A stretch of 64,000 bases of DNA from Chiloscyllium plagiosum (taxonomy: Eukaryota). A model generated the notes under the pieces. It had not been told where the DNA came from, did no database searches, and saw only the letters and a program-made list of their open reading frames with translations. The stretch spans positions 80,341,486-80,405,485 of the forward strand of contig NC_057719.1 of the NCBI RefSeq assembly GCF_004010195.1, read 5' to 3'. Positions 1 through 11,730 of the stretch are shown here, piece after piece (the first letter of the stretch is position 1; each line of letters opens with the position of its first letter). The position numbers were made by a program, and so were the translations under genes.

Positions 1-1050
1 GCCCTCACTCTTCCCATTAACTCCTATTTCACTCAACCTTACAGCATGATCCCTTTCCGAGTTTTCTGCCTCATTGATACAGTTGTCTTTCTTGACTTCC
101 CTTGTTCTAACTTTCCCTCCAATTTCCTTCTTAAATATTCAGTTTGTCCCCTCCTCCCGCTACTTAGTTTAAACGTAGCTGTGTTGCAGTAGCAAACCTG
201 CCTGCCAGAATGCTGGTCCCTAACCTATTCAGGTGCAAACCGTCTCTCTTGTAGAATTTATGCTTACCACAAAACATACCCAGTGATCCAAGAATTTAAA
301 TCCTTGCTTCCTGCACCAGTTCCCCAGCGAAACATTCAAGTCCATTATCTCCCTGTTTCCGGCCTCACCAGCCCAAGGAACTGGAAGCAAACCAGAGATA
401 ACCAACTTGGACGTCCTGCTTTTCAGCCTTCTTCCTAGTTCCCGAAGTCCTGCTGTAGTATGTTCCTCCTCTTCTTCCCGACATAATTTGTGCCATGTAC
501 CACCAGCTCTGACTCTTCACCTTCGTCCTTGAGGGTTTCCTGCAGTCTGTCTGTGATGTCTTTAACCCTGGCACCAGGAAGGCAACACACCATCCTTAAG
601 TCCCATCTGCTGCCACAAAAACCCCGGTCAGTTCCTCTCACTATGGAGTCCCCTATTACCACGGCTCTGTGCGATGTCAGACTCTTCCACTCTGTCTCCA
701 CACCAACTTTTGATTGACAGACCTGGCTGCCTCGCAGACTGGCAGTGTCATCTGTCTCTGTTTCCAAAAGATTCAACTTGTTCCTGACAGGTACTTCCGC
801 TGGGGTCTCTTGCACCTGTCTCCTCTCTGCCTTGCTCATCGTTTGCTCTCTTCTGGTACGATTGGTGAAATAACATCACTGAAGGTCTTGTCCAGAAAGA
901 TCTCGTTCTCTCGGATGAGCCTAAGGTCCTCGAGTTCTTTCATTAGTGCTGCAATATGCTCTGTCAGTAGCTGAATGTGCACACACTTTCCATACTTATA
1001 CAAGGCAGACACACCAGAGTCGTTGACCTCCCACATCAAGCATGTAGCGC
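1..1050 (-). mobile_element. CR1 LINE 5' portion: disrupted ORF1 (Cys-rich N-terminus/coiled coil plus SGNH esterase domain); runs off the left edge
   Basis: ORFs 836..1039 and 435..839 contain QCATCLMWEV, KCVHIQLL, VVIGDSIVRG, VCCLPGARVKD and VHGTN, typical of the CR1 ORF1 esterase; frameshifted. Confidence 0.85.
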
Positions 1051-1516
1051 ACTGAACCTTTCAATTGGTCTGGCAATGCATTGGTTTCACTTTGCTGATA
1101 CTTTAGCATTAATGTGCTACTGAAGCTGCATTCATGTTGATGACCCAGGGGGCAGCATGGCTTTATAGAATCAAGGCATGGCTACATCAATATTTGAGCT
1201 GCCATACCTGGCCTCTGAAGGAGCATTTCACCTAGTTACTTCTCACTATAATTCTGCACATTTTTTCTTTTTCAGATTTCAATTTCCTGTTTAATATATT
1301 GCTTGAAACTGCCTCCCAAATACTCAAAGGAAAAAAATGTTTAACCATCATGCTACTGTTGCTTCTTTTATTTTTTGCCAATTACCTTAAATCTGTGACC
1401 TCTTCTTTCTCCCCCTCCACTGTATCCAGACCCCACCTGATCTTATATACTTCTGTCAAACCCCCTTTCAACATCCCCAGTAAGTGTATTTTTCTCTACT
1501 CTGGGAAGATACTCAG

Positions 1517-1585
1517 GACTATAACCTGGTGTTGTGTGATTTTTAACTTTGTACACCCCAGTCCAACACCTGCATCTCCAAATCT
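1517..1585 (+). mobile_element. PLE terminal-repeat fragment (family B, 3' end)
   Basis: GGACTATAACCTGGTGTTGTGTGATTTTTAACTTTGTACACCCCAGTCCAACACC matches copies at 16.3, 30.35 and 31.0 kb. Confidence 0.7.
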
Positions 1586-1744
1586 GGGAAGAATGAACAC
1601 AGTTCTCAAGTCTCTTCATTGTAGTCCCATTGATGCCAATTTGAAACCATACAGCAATCCTCGGAAATACTTTCAGGGATAGGCGTGGAAGACGTGAGGA
1701 CTTTGGGTACAGTTTGCTTGGATAGGTCACCCAGTTGGGTAAAA

Positions 1745-1838
1745 GGCTGCTGCTTGGATGCTGCCTGAACTGCTGTGCTCTTCCAGCACCACTAATCCAG
1801 AATCTGGTTTCCAGCATCTGCAGTCATTGTCTTTACCT
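1745..1838 (+). mobile_element. PLE terminal-repeat fragment (family A-related)
   Basis: GGATGCTGCCTGAACTGCTGTGCTCTTCCAGCA...CCAGCATCTGCAGTC is similar to 11040-11125; TAAAAGG on both sides is a possible TSD. Confidence 0.6.
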
Positions 1839-2479
1839 AAAAGGTGATGGATGTCAGCATTTGAATCTGATTGCCATATTGAATCACAAATGCTTTTGTG
1901 AAGGGAGAATATATCAAGTGGATTGAATTAGCCATGAAGTAAAGTGCACCACCTTGTTTTTGTGTAAACCTATGTAACCAGTTCTCAACAAATCCAGCTC
2001 ATTTGCACCCCCACCTCAGGCTGGTACAATGTTGATGTATCAATGCAACAGTGCAACAAAGGCCTGTTGTACCTCCTAATCCATTTGATGAGCTACTCAG
2101 GTTGCCATTGTGTTCAAATTATCACATCATAGTTGAAATAGATTTGTTCGATCACAGAAACCAAACATTAGTATGAGTATCAGAAGCACACCCAGATGCT
2201 ATGTCAATAGTATTAATCATCCAGCTTGCTGTCTGATTGTGGATCACAATTCATTATCTCGATTGGTAATTCTAACAGTGGCAAAGACTCACACTCATTG
2301 TGGTTGCAGTTTTCTGAGGTTGAATCAGACAACTCGACAGGCAATTTTAGCGCTATTGAACTGTGCTGATTAGTAGTCTTGTTAGATCATTAAAGTACTC
2401 TTTTTTAATAACTCCAAGTGTCAGTATGATGCACTTAGTATCACTTTCATTGTTGCATGTTTAAGCCCTTCTCAAGATT

Positions 2480-2825
2480 TCAACACACAATCAAGCTTGA
2501 TACTCCTGTGGAGTACCCAAGGAGTGCGACAATGCAGGAAGTGCTACCCCTCAGATGAGAGGGGCACCTACCTATTGATGTGGGTCTTAAGGATTCTGTG
2601 GCATTATGTGAAGAAGAATCTTAATATTCTGGCCAATATTTATCCCTAAATCATCAACTAGTCAGATTAATAAGTTATCTCATTGCTTGTTGTAGGACCT
2701 TATGCACAAAGTGGCCACTGTGTCTGCCTACAACAGTGACTACCTTTAAAGACTACTGAATTGGCTCCGAGGCACTCTGAGATGTTCTGTGATATGAAAG
2801 GGAGGATACAAGCTGAGGTTTCTTC
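2480..2825 (+). mobile_element. Old Deu-domain SINE (SacSINE1/AmnSINE-like)
   Basis: Deu-like core CTGGCCAATATTTATCCCT...TCTCATTGCT...GGACCTT and L2-like 3' end; similar to 59870-60412. Confidence 0.55.
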
Positions 2826-4333
2826 CTCTGCTCTCAGTTTGGAATCAAATAGAAGTATGACATATAAGTGGGACACCTACATTGTTCACTCATTCCTTTG
2901 TTTCTTTGTGCTGCACAGGCTAATGTCAAATGAAACATTCATTGTGTTTTTCATGTAAAACACTTCGCTTCATGCTTGTGAGAAGTCTGCAAAGTGCGGC
3001 AGCTTTTATTTAGGAATGCTAGGGGACCAGCTGGTTTCTGTCAAGATCTAGTAAATGAATGGGCCAAGCCATATTTGCACAAATGTAATATAGATCTGAC
3101 TGGAATAAAAGATGTACAACATGAAAGAGGCTATCGTCAGTGGAATACTGATATTAATTGAGAAGATAAATTGAGAAATTAAATGCTGAAGATAGCAACT
3201 ATACAAACAACAATGCATCTTAAAGTTTATTGGCCAGCAATCTTGCACTGAACATCATTCAGCATTGTGATTTAGTTGGAAAGGATTAGCAATTTGAATG
3301 CACTGTAAAAGTAACTGATGTTGAAATTGTGAAGAATGTAGCCTCAAAGAGCAGCAAGAGCAGAATGCCGAGAGGGGCAGGCAGGGGAGATTGATTAGGC
3401 AGGAGGCAGAATTTCAATTTTCCGATGGCGGCTCGCAGTTTTAGTATTAAGCTTTCAGAACCTGAACATTGCTGCCCTTGCAATCACATTCAAGAGTGCA
3501 ATTTTGTCCAGCAAATATTCTGTATATGTCTGTGTGTACCTGTACATGTGAATCATGTGCCCTGTCAGGATAGATCTTTTCCACTGAGCTTTGCTGTGTA
3601 CAAGCATCTTGACTTCTCCATAGCCCAGCTGTTTCTCTGCACAAACGCTTGCAGTATAAGGCGTGAAGGCTGTCCAAGGCAACCAATGAGATGTCTTACT
3701 CATATGCAGTTGGTGAGGTTTAGTTGGGTCTGACAGGCCAGCCCAAACAAAGCATCCGCTACAGGTTAATGCCAGCAAACCTGATCAGAGCTGGCAAGTG
3801 GGGCTTAACTCAAGAAGGGGGCTCCACTCAAAAACTTCAGATGTAAGTGAGCTAGGTAGAAAGGAATGGTGGGGAATATAGCTTATTGGGAACGTGCGCT
3901 GGAAAGACCCTGGGGAAAGGAGGGAGCAAATTGGGATACAGGAACACAATTGGAGACAGTGGAAGGGTCAATAGTCGCAGGGGTTAATTGAAGGAAGGCA
4001 AGGGGCAACAGAGGAAAGGCCGTCTACAGTTATGGGGTAAAAATGTGGCATGGAGTTGGCAACCCACTACCTTTCTGCTAAATTGGCTCACAAATGAAAG
4101 TCCCACAGAGAACGTGCAGTTCGAGTGAGTGGGTCCCGAGGTCTGTTTGCACATGTTCCTACTCAGCACAAATACATTTAACTGAGCAAATTGGAACTGA
4201 AACTGAAATATATATCATTGCATGAGCACCCAGTGAAGGTCTTAGCACTAGCAGGAATATTCACTTCAGATTCAAGGTGCTGAAGTTTGATCAACTCCTA
4301 ACATCAACATCATAACCATGCTCCGTCACTGAT

Positions 4334-4745
4334 TTAGATTAGATTAGGTTACTTACAGTGTGGAAACAGGCCCTTTGGCCCAACCAGTCCACACCGACCC
4401 TCCGAAGAGTAACCCACCCAGACCCATTTCCCTCTGACAAATGCACCTAGCATGATGGGCAATTTAGGATAAGCAATTCACCTGACCTGCACATCTTTGG
4501 ACTGTGGGAGGAAACCGGAGCACCCGGAGGAAACCCACGCAGACACGGGGAGAATGTGCAAACTCCACACAGACAGTCGCCCGAGGTTGGAATCGAACCT
4601 GGGACCCTGGTGCTGTAGGAGGAAACCCATACAGACATGGGAGAATGTGCAAACTCCACACAGACGGGTGCCTGAGGCGAGAATTGAACCCGGGTCCCTG
4701 GCGCTGTGAGGCAGCAGTGCTAACCACTGAGCCACCGTGCCACCC
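4334..4745 (-). mobile_element. HE1-type tRNA-derived SINE with an internal ~90-bp duplication
   Basis: Reverse strand begins GGGTGGCACGGTGGCTCAGTGGTTAGCACTGCTGCC (A box), has GGTTCAATTC (B box) and an (AATCT)n tail; GGAAACCC...GCTGT segment occurs twice (~4530-4710). Confidence 0.85.
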
Positions 4746-4992
4746 ATAGCTCTGAGAAGAACAGCCTAAGACCCATCAACAGTGGTGATGGTGACAGGAG
4801 TTACTGTTTCAACCTGGAACTGTGCAGAAGCATTTGCAAACCTAATAAGGACACAGGAATGAAACTGCTATGCAACCTGTAAATCCCAAGGTGTAAGACT
4901 ACATAGAATGGGAGAATGAAAAATCACCGAGAGAATTAGCTTGAGCTCATTGTCATGCACACACAGGAAGCAATTGATCAAGACTACAAATA

Positions 4993-5305
4993 TAGAATTC
5001 CTAGAGTACAGTAAAAGGCCACTTGGCCCTTCAAGTCTCCAGCAACCCTCCATAGTGCATTCAACCAATTCCAGCCGCCTATCATAGCCCCATAACTCTA
5101 CATTTCCCATGGTTAATCCGTCGAGGTTGCACAGGCAATTTAGTATCACCAATCCACCTAAACCTTCACATCTTTGCACTGTGGGAGGAAACTCACTCTG
5201 AAAGTAAGGATAGTATGCAATCTCCATACAGACAGTCACCTAAGGTTGGAATCGAACCCAGGTCCCTGGTGCTGTGAGGTAGCAGTACTAACCACCATGC
5301 CGCCC
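4993..5305 (-). mobile_element. HE1-type SINE (older copy)
   Basis: Similar to 4334-4745. Confidence 0.75.
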
Positions 5306-5649
5306 TTGGACATGACAGAATGAGGAAGGGAAAACCAGTCATTGATCATGGAGAACGCCCCTCACCATATGGAGGTAGCTTTTAGGACAGGCTTTCACAC
5401 AACATGTGACCAGCCAGGTAAGGGCTCAAAAGGTAGCTTGACTATATCAAGATCTCAAACGGGTAACCAACGTCTCATTACTGATATCTCTTCACAGATC
5501 AGCCCTTCCATTTTGGATGTTTGACCGGCTGAACCCAGCAATGATACTTACATTGTTGAAGTTAAGGAGGAAGAGGAGGACAAGAAGAATGATCAGGATC
5601 TAACAGTCCATAAGGGCTTAGGGAGCTGCAGCTGTGGATGAACAAACAA

Positions 5650-6230
5650 TATCTGAAGAGAAGAAGACACGGTGTTTGGAAACCTCCCTAGCAGTGCCCA
5701 GGAGAAGGTCTCCTTAAAGCGACCTGCAGATGAGTGGAAGGCAGTGCCAGAGTCATCTTCATGTGATTAGCTGTCACTTAGATATGCCACCTCCTGAAGG
5801 AAGATATACTGCACCGCAGCTTGGCAGGCTGTGCTATAATAACACTGAAGACCACACCAGTATTGTACTTCCTAGTCACCAGCTTCTCTCAAACTTCAAC
5901 TGGGAACATGTGCATCATCTCCAAACAGGTGTTGTGTTGTGTAAGGTCATGGTTTTGAAGGGGTTAGTGTTCATGTCACAATGAATCCACCCTTTCTCTA
6001 GATGTCACTCGCAGTGTTTGGCAAGAGATAATGAGTTCTACTGTCATTTTCAGAGGGAGCAGATGTAACTGTACCAGATTCCTAAGGTCCTCAGGATTAT
6101 GCCTGACCAAGTGTAATTGTACCTACTGCTATCATGCAGTAAATATTCTTTGATCTAATGGTGCCTCTTCTGTAGATACTCCATGGTGGTAAAGTCTGTA
6201 TTATTTATCAGTAGTAGGCTGAAGATGAAG
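5650..6230 (+). pseudogene. Probable PIF/Harbinger (HARBI1-like) transposase remnant
   Basis: Manual translation gives DLQMSGRQCQSHLH (~5721-5762) and LKTTPVLYFLVTSFSQTSTGNMCIISKQV (5845-5931), resembling the Harbinger N-terminal HTH region; heavily decayed. Confidence 0.45.
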
Positions 6231-6291
6231 CATAGACAAAGCCTGGTGGCAGAGAATTATCTCAAACAACTCAGTACCTTGCAGTAGCAGG

Positions 6292-6380
6292 AGAAGATGA
6301 ATCACGCTGGACTCGAGACATTAATTTAGTTTCTCTCTCCACAGAGGCTGCCAGACCTGCTAAGTTTCCCAAGCATTCTC
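6292..6380 (+). mobile_element. PLE terminal repeat (family C), degenerate hammerhead
   Basis: GGACTCGAGACATTAA...CTCTCCACAGAGGCTGCCAGACCTGCT is similar to 48101-48440. Confidence 0.55.
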
Positions 6381-7734
6381 ACGACCTGCTGGTTGAGAGG
6401 AAGGTTGACATACCTGAACCTGAACTGGCTTCAGTGTTGCTCTCATCTTTCTTTCTCTACTGCCATCTTGTGACATGAACACTAACCCCTTCGGGACCAT
6501 GACCTTACACAACAGAATGCAAGTTTGGAGCTGCCACCTTGAGGAAACCTTGCCACTGACGACTTTGGCACATGCCCCGATGGTTCAGGAGAGCCATGGC
6601 TCACTGGGGAGGTCTTCTGCAAAGCCGCAGATGCTGTTCATCGGCCTGAGCTGGTGAAGGTATCTGTGTCCCTGGCAAAGGGGATGTGGCAAGGTTGGCA
6701 TATCTAGGATGCCAATCTGTCACTCCTCCAAAATGTCACTCACTTCTTGAGGGGATGGAGCATTTGGAGGGAGGTCACATTCCACTGCCCAGTCATTGGA
6801 TGGATGTATCTGTACCTTCAGTGATGGAGTGAAGGTCCCTGTACATATCTGGCCCATGCAGATTGACTTTCTGACTCTCCCTTCAGTGCCTGCCACATGG
6901 AATCAGCCAAGCACTCACAACTCAGAGCTGTGACAGCAGTCAGATCTTACGCAGACACCTCTGCCCTTCAATCCACTCTGTGCACCATCTCTGGCACCTC
7001 TGCCTGGTTTGAGGTTTGCCATCACTCGAATAGCTGAGTCCGGAAACTCAGCGTCTTGTCCTGGGCTCAGCTGGGGCCTGTTCTCTAGCAGTCCCGTGTC
7101 AAAGATCTAAGGAACTTCCAGTTTGTGACCTTGAGTCAACTCTAGAGAAATCGCCCACAGAGTGTCTCTGCATTGGCAGAGGGTGGTAAGGAAAGCATTG
7201 TTAGTATATCCTCTGAGGCCTGTGACAGTCAAACCTCAGCAACATGGTTTGAGGAGTTGGCAGAGAAGGGCACGGGAACTGGACACTTTTATTTTATCAT
7301 GCCGCTATGGCAGTGGGATTTGGAGTCTACTTAGAAAAACATAATGTTCTGTTAAGCTTGCCAGCCTTATTCAAGCTTGTATTAAGATGTTAGCACATGA
7401 TGTACAGTGGGGAATAGCAGGTTGGAGGCTTTCTGACTAGCTGGCTGTAAATATCCAGTCTTCCCTTCAGCATAGACATGTTCCCTTTTTGCCGTCCAGC
7501 ATGTTGGCCTGCCACTCAAAGTGGGACAGAGATTTACATTGTGCATTGGAGATAAGTCCTCCTCTGTCCAGGCTGTCTCCATCAAGCCCCCTTGTTGCTT
7601 TCCATCCATTGAAAATCCCTTCTCTCCTCAGTAGCCTTCAAGCCAGTCTCTAGGGTGGAGGAACTGAAACATGGAGCTGCATTGTGCCTGGTCGTGGACA
7701 TTACCAGGGGTGTGAGGGGAATTTTTTCTTTATG

Positions 7735-7890
7735 TATTTATTTTTGTGGAATGTGGACGTCATGGCTGGCCAGTTTATTGCCTATCCCTAGTTGCCCTTG
7801 AGAAGGTGTGGTGAGCTGCCTTCTTGCACCGCTGTAGTCCATATGCTGTGGGTTGACCCACAATGCCTTTAGGGATGGAAGTCCAGATGA
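7735..7890 (-). mobile_element. 3' end of an L2/CR1-group LINE
   Basis: Reverse strand reads AAGAAGGCAGCTCACCAC-ACCTTCTCAAGGGCAACTAGGGATAGGCAATAAA; related pieces at ~16.9 and 19.5 kb. Confidence 0.6.
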
Positions 7891-8737
7891 TGACTTGCAG
7901 ACACTTAAAAGATATCTGGGTGTCTTTTAAATATGGCGCCTGAACGATGGAGCCTGGAAGGACCCAGTGGAGGACAGAATTTCCTGCTCTGTCTGTCTGC
8001 CCTGAAGATTCGATGTTTCACCCATGCATGCGTAAGTAATGAGGTTAAAGGAATGCGACCAGGTGAGCCCGTGGTACCTCCAAATTTAAGGCCCAACGTC
8101 AAACTTGGTCTCAAAAAAATTAAGAATCCGCCCCAAACTTCAGGAAAATGTGTAAATAGGAGATGTAGTGAGAGAAGAATGATTGCTGGGAGTCACACCA
8201 GAATATCTAATGGACCCATTATATTGTTACTTGATCCACGCTGACCTGAACAGCAAAGGTACTAGTAGCCACCACTTTGGATTAGTATGGTCCTGTCTGA
8301 CACTGTTTCAGCAGCCATCTACCAACTAACTTGCATTGACACCCTTGATAATCCTCATTATCAGTGCCTCCTGCAACATAGCATTGTGTGTTCATCTAAG
8401 TCATTCTGTGGTCTTATGTTGTCCTTGTATTTTGTCAAAGCTGGCAGAAACTGATAACTTCATTAAATTCATTAATTATTGTGAATCAACCAATGTTCCT
8501 TGTTAACATGATTGGCATTAACTGACTAAACGGAGCATTTCCTGATAGAGAATCATGAAGATTGAAATGGTAGCCCTGAAGCCGGAGGCTGAATAGAGAA
8601 AGGTGAGGTGAATTAATGTAAAACTTGAGGTGATTAATGATTTAACCCATCACTTCATAAATATGATTTACCATTGATGGATGGGGGATGTGGAAGACTG
8701 CATAGTGGATATTTAGTTTGGGAGTCATTAGAGGCAA

Positions 8738-8985
8738 TAGTCATAGAATCATAGAATTCCTACAGTGGAGATACAGGCCATTTGGCCCATCAAGTCCACA
8801 CTAACCTTCTGAAGAGCATCCCACCCAGAACCATTCCCCATGACTAATCCACCTAACCCTGCACATTCCTGGACAGTACAGAGAATTTAGCACGGCCAAT
8901 TCACCTGACCAACACACCTTTGGACTGTGGGAGGAAACTGGAGCACCTGGAGGAAACCCACGCAGACACAGGGAGAATGTGCAAA
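8738..8985 (-). mobile_element. HE1-type SINE, 5'-truncated
   Basis: Body and tail similar to the other copies. Confidence 0.75.
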
Positions 8986-9222
8986 CCCCCAAAATAAGTG
9001 TAGGTTAATGAAAGAAGAAATGGATATTGGTTGATTGGATACATTAACTCGGTTATAAAGGGTTACTAAAGTTTTCAATTTCTATTTCAAGCCATCTGAA
9101 TATCAAATGTAAGGAGGAACAATTCCTCAGCTAAGCTGCCTGCGTCTCTTCCGAAACATCAATCAACACTTCAGTAGCTTGTCACTCCTACCATTCAGCT
9201 TGTTTTGCATGTTTCACACCTC

Positions 9223-9397
9223 TGTAGGAACATGGAGAAAGTGAGGACTGCAGATGCTGGAGATCAGAGTCGAGAGTGTGGTGCTGGGAAAGCACAGCAG
9301 GTCACGCAGCATCCGAGGAGCAGGAGAATCGACGTTTCAGGCATAAGCCCTTCATCAGGGAATTGTCTTCGACAGACACTCTCGACTTTGTAGGAAC
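9223..9397 (-). mobile_element. PLE terminal-repeat insertion (family A) with hammerhead motif and short inverted arm
   Basis: TSD TGTAGGAAC at 9223-9231 and 9389-9397; reverse strand CTGATGAAGGGCTTATGCCTGAAACGTCGA; inverted CACTCTCGACT. Confidence 0.8.
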
Positions 9398-9879
9398 TTA
9401 TTGTATTTATGGAGTATGAGGGGAAGGGAATGATCAATATTAATTTCAGCTTTAGGAAATAGAAAGGTGGAGTTAAGCTTGAATGTGAAATGCAAAACTA
9501 AGGGCATTGAGTTCTGAAAGCAGCAAGTATCTTGTCTGTGCCACCTGCTTTTGCAATAGCAGCTGCAGATGAGAAAGAAAAATGTTATGAAGGTTTTGGC
9601 ATTTATTCAAAGCCCAATTGTAAATTGGTGTGAAAGGGTCTGACAGGGCTAAGACTGGATTGAATGCAGTAAGCATCACCCAAGTGATGATCTCAAGGGA
9701 TCTTGGTCAGAGCAAATGAGGGGCTGGTGGGAGATAAAGTTGGAAATTGCTTTCTTCTAACCGGTTCTGCTTAAATGTAGGTCTTGTTCATGTAACGGTT
9801 GCCATGACATAATAAACTTCACACACTTCAGTTAACCTGACTCTTCTATACTTGTATACACGTTCAGAGCAGGATACTC

Positions 9880-10420
9880 AGAGCGTCATCCAGCACGAAA
9901 ACAGACCTTGTGGTCCAACCAGTCCATGCCGAACATGATCCCAAACTAAACTAGTCTCACCTGCCTGCGCTTGGTCCATATCCCTCTAAACCTTTCCCAT
10001 CCATGTTCTTATTCTTATTTAAACATTGTAATTGTGCTCACTTCGTCAGGACATTCATTCTACATGCGAACCACCTTCTGTGAAAAACACTCCCCTCATA
10101 TCTTCTTTAAATCTCTGTTCTCTCACCTTAAAACATTGTCCCCTAGTCTTGAAATCCTCATCCTAGGGAAAAGATAACTACCATTAACTGTATCGTTACC
10201 CCTCATTATTTTATAAACTTCCATGAGATCGCCCTTCAACCTTCTATGCTCCAGTGAAAAAAGTCCCAGCCTACCTGGCCTTTCTTTATAACTCAAACCT
10301 TCGATATCCAGCAACATCCTGGTGAATTTCCCCTGAACCCTCTCCAACATAATAATATCCTTCTCATAAAAGGGCGACCAGATGGACACAATATTCCTGA
10401 AGAGATCTCACTAATATCCG
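9880..10420 (-). mobile_element. CR1 LINE 3' fragment
   Basis: ORF 10123..10389 LERVQGKFTRML...LGLFSLEHRRLKGDL plus CR1 3'UTR. Confidence 0.85.
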
Positions 10421-10710
10421 AAATGGCAATATCCCCCATGGCAGTTTATCTTGTCTGTGAACAACATCATATCCTGACAGAAAAATGTCATCTTGTCCTG
10501 GAAAACTAGAGAACTCTATAATTTGATCTCTCCCCATCTCACCTTCACCACCCCTTCAATCCCTCACATTCCTCCTGTGTGTGCTCTCACGTTTGTTTCG
10601 TATCTTCAGTCGCAAAGTCTTTCCATTGGGAAATAGTGAGGAAGTTGTTGGAAAGAATTGCATCACGAATGCTTCTTCTGCCAAATATTCGAGTGTGAGT
10701 TAAATGTAGA

Positions 10711-11141
10711 CCTTCCAGGTCAGAGCGGAAAATGTGTTGCTGGAAAAGCGCAACAGGTCAGGCAGCATCCAAGGAGCAGGAGAATCGACGCTTCGGGCAT
10801 GAGCCCTTCTTCAGGACTGCAGTGGTGCAAAAAGGCAGCTCACCACCACCTTCTCAAGGGCAACTAGGGATAGGCAATAAACTGGCCAGCCATGACGTCC
10901 ACATTCCACAAAAATAAATACATAAAGAAAAAAATTCCCCTCACACCCCTGGTAATGTCCACGACCAGGCACAATGCAGCTCCATGTTTCCTGAAAACCT
11001 TTCCTGAAGAAGGGCTCATGCCCGAAACGTCGATTCTCCTGCTCCTTGGATGCTGCCTGACCTGCTGCGCTTTTCCAGCAACACATTTTCAGCTCTGATC
11101 TCCAGCATCTGCAGTCCTCACTTTCTCCTTCCAGGTCAGAG
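10711..11141 (+). mobile_element. Foldback PLE-terminus insertion (family A): two inverted hammerhead arms enclosing 177 bp of captured local DNA
   Basis: TSD CCTTCCAGGTCAGAG at 10711-10725 and 11127-11141; arms 10720-10816 and 11002-11098 are reverse complements (3 mismatches); 10814-10990 is the reverse complement of 7666-7840. Confidence 0.9.
11001..11036 (+). ncRNA. Minimal (PLE-type) hammerhead ribozyme motif with intact core
   Basis: ttc-CTGAAGA-A-GGGC-TCAT-GCCC-GAA-ACGT-C-gattc: conserved core, stem II, palindromic stem III, GUC cleavage triplet ending at 11031; stem I is short. Confidence 0.7.
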
Positions 11142-11554
11142 ACAGAGGCTGCTTCAGATTCCAATCTGTCTCTGCCAGCACTGCCTCCTCCAAACTTTCC
11201 AACCTACGCATGTTGGTTTTGAAATGCCCCCCCTCTGTCTAATATGAACCCTGACCACGTCTTGAGCTGATGGCATGTTTGTCCTACAGCCAGCCCACCT
11301 CTCAAACTACTAGGAAACAGAGACAAATATTCTTAAACAGATTCTGATGTAGATTCAGCAGACTTGAGGGAAACATGATCTTCTGGGTGTCTCAAATCTA
11401 AGAGTATATTCCCCCTATCTTAAAGGGGGATAATTGTTAGGTTAGAACATTACTCTGTATCTGACTTGGAATTATTATTGTCCAAGGGACGATGGATCTA
11501 TACTCTGCATCTCGACATGGGCATGTTTGATGGGACCGCCTGACAGGATAAAAA

Positions 11555-11730
11555 GAAAAAAAGACTTGCATTTCTATAGCGTCTTCCATGATTTCATGAT
11601 TTCAATGAAATACTTCGGAAGTGTATTATAGAGAAACATGGCAGCCAAATTGTCTACAGAAAAGTCCCACAAATATCAACGAGACATGCAACCAGGTAAT
11701 CGGATTTAGTGGTGTTGGCTCAGGAAGGAG
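11555..11730 (-). mobile_element. Deu-SINE/L2-type 3' end
   Basis: AAAGACTTGCATTTCTATAGCG...CATGGCAGCCAAATTG...AAGTCCCACAAA is the reverse complement of the tail type at 60250-60410. Confidence 0.55.

Noticed and set aside
4660..4745. tRNA genes at SINE heads
   Set aside because: The A/B boxes continue into the SINE body and tail in more than ten copies, so these are tRNA-derived SINE heads.
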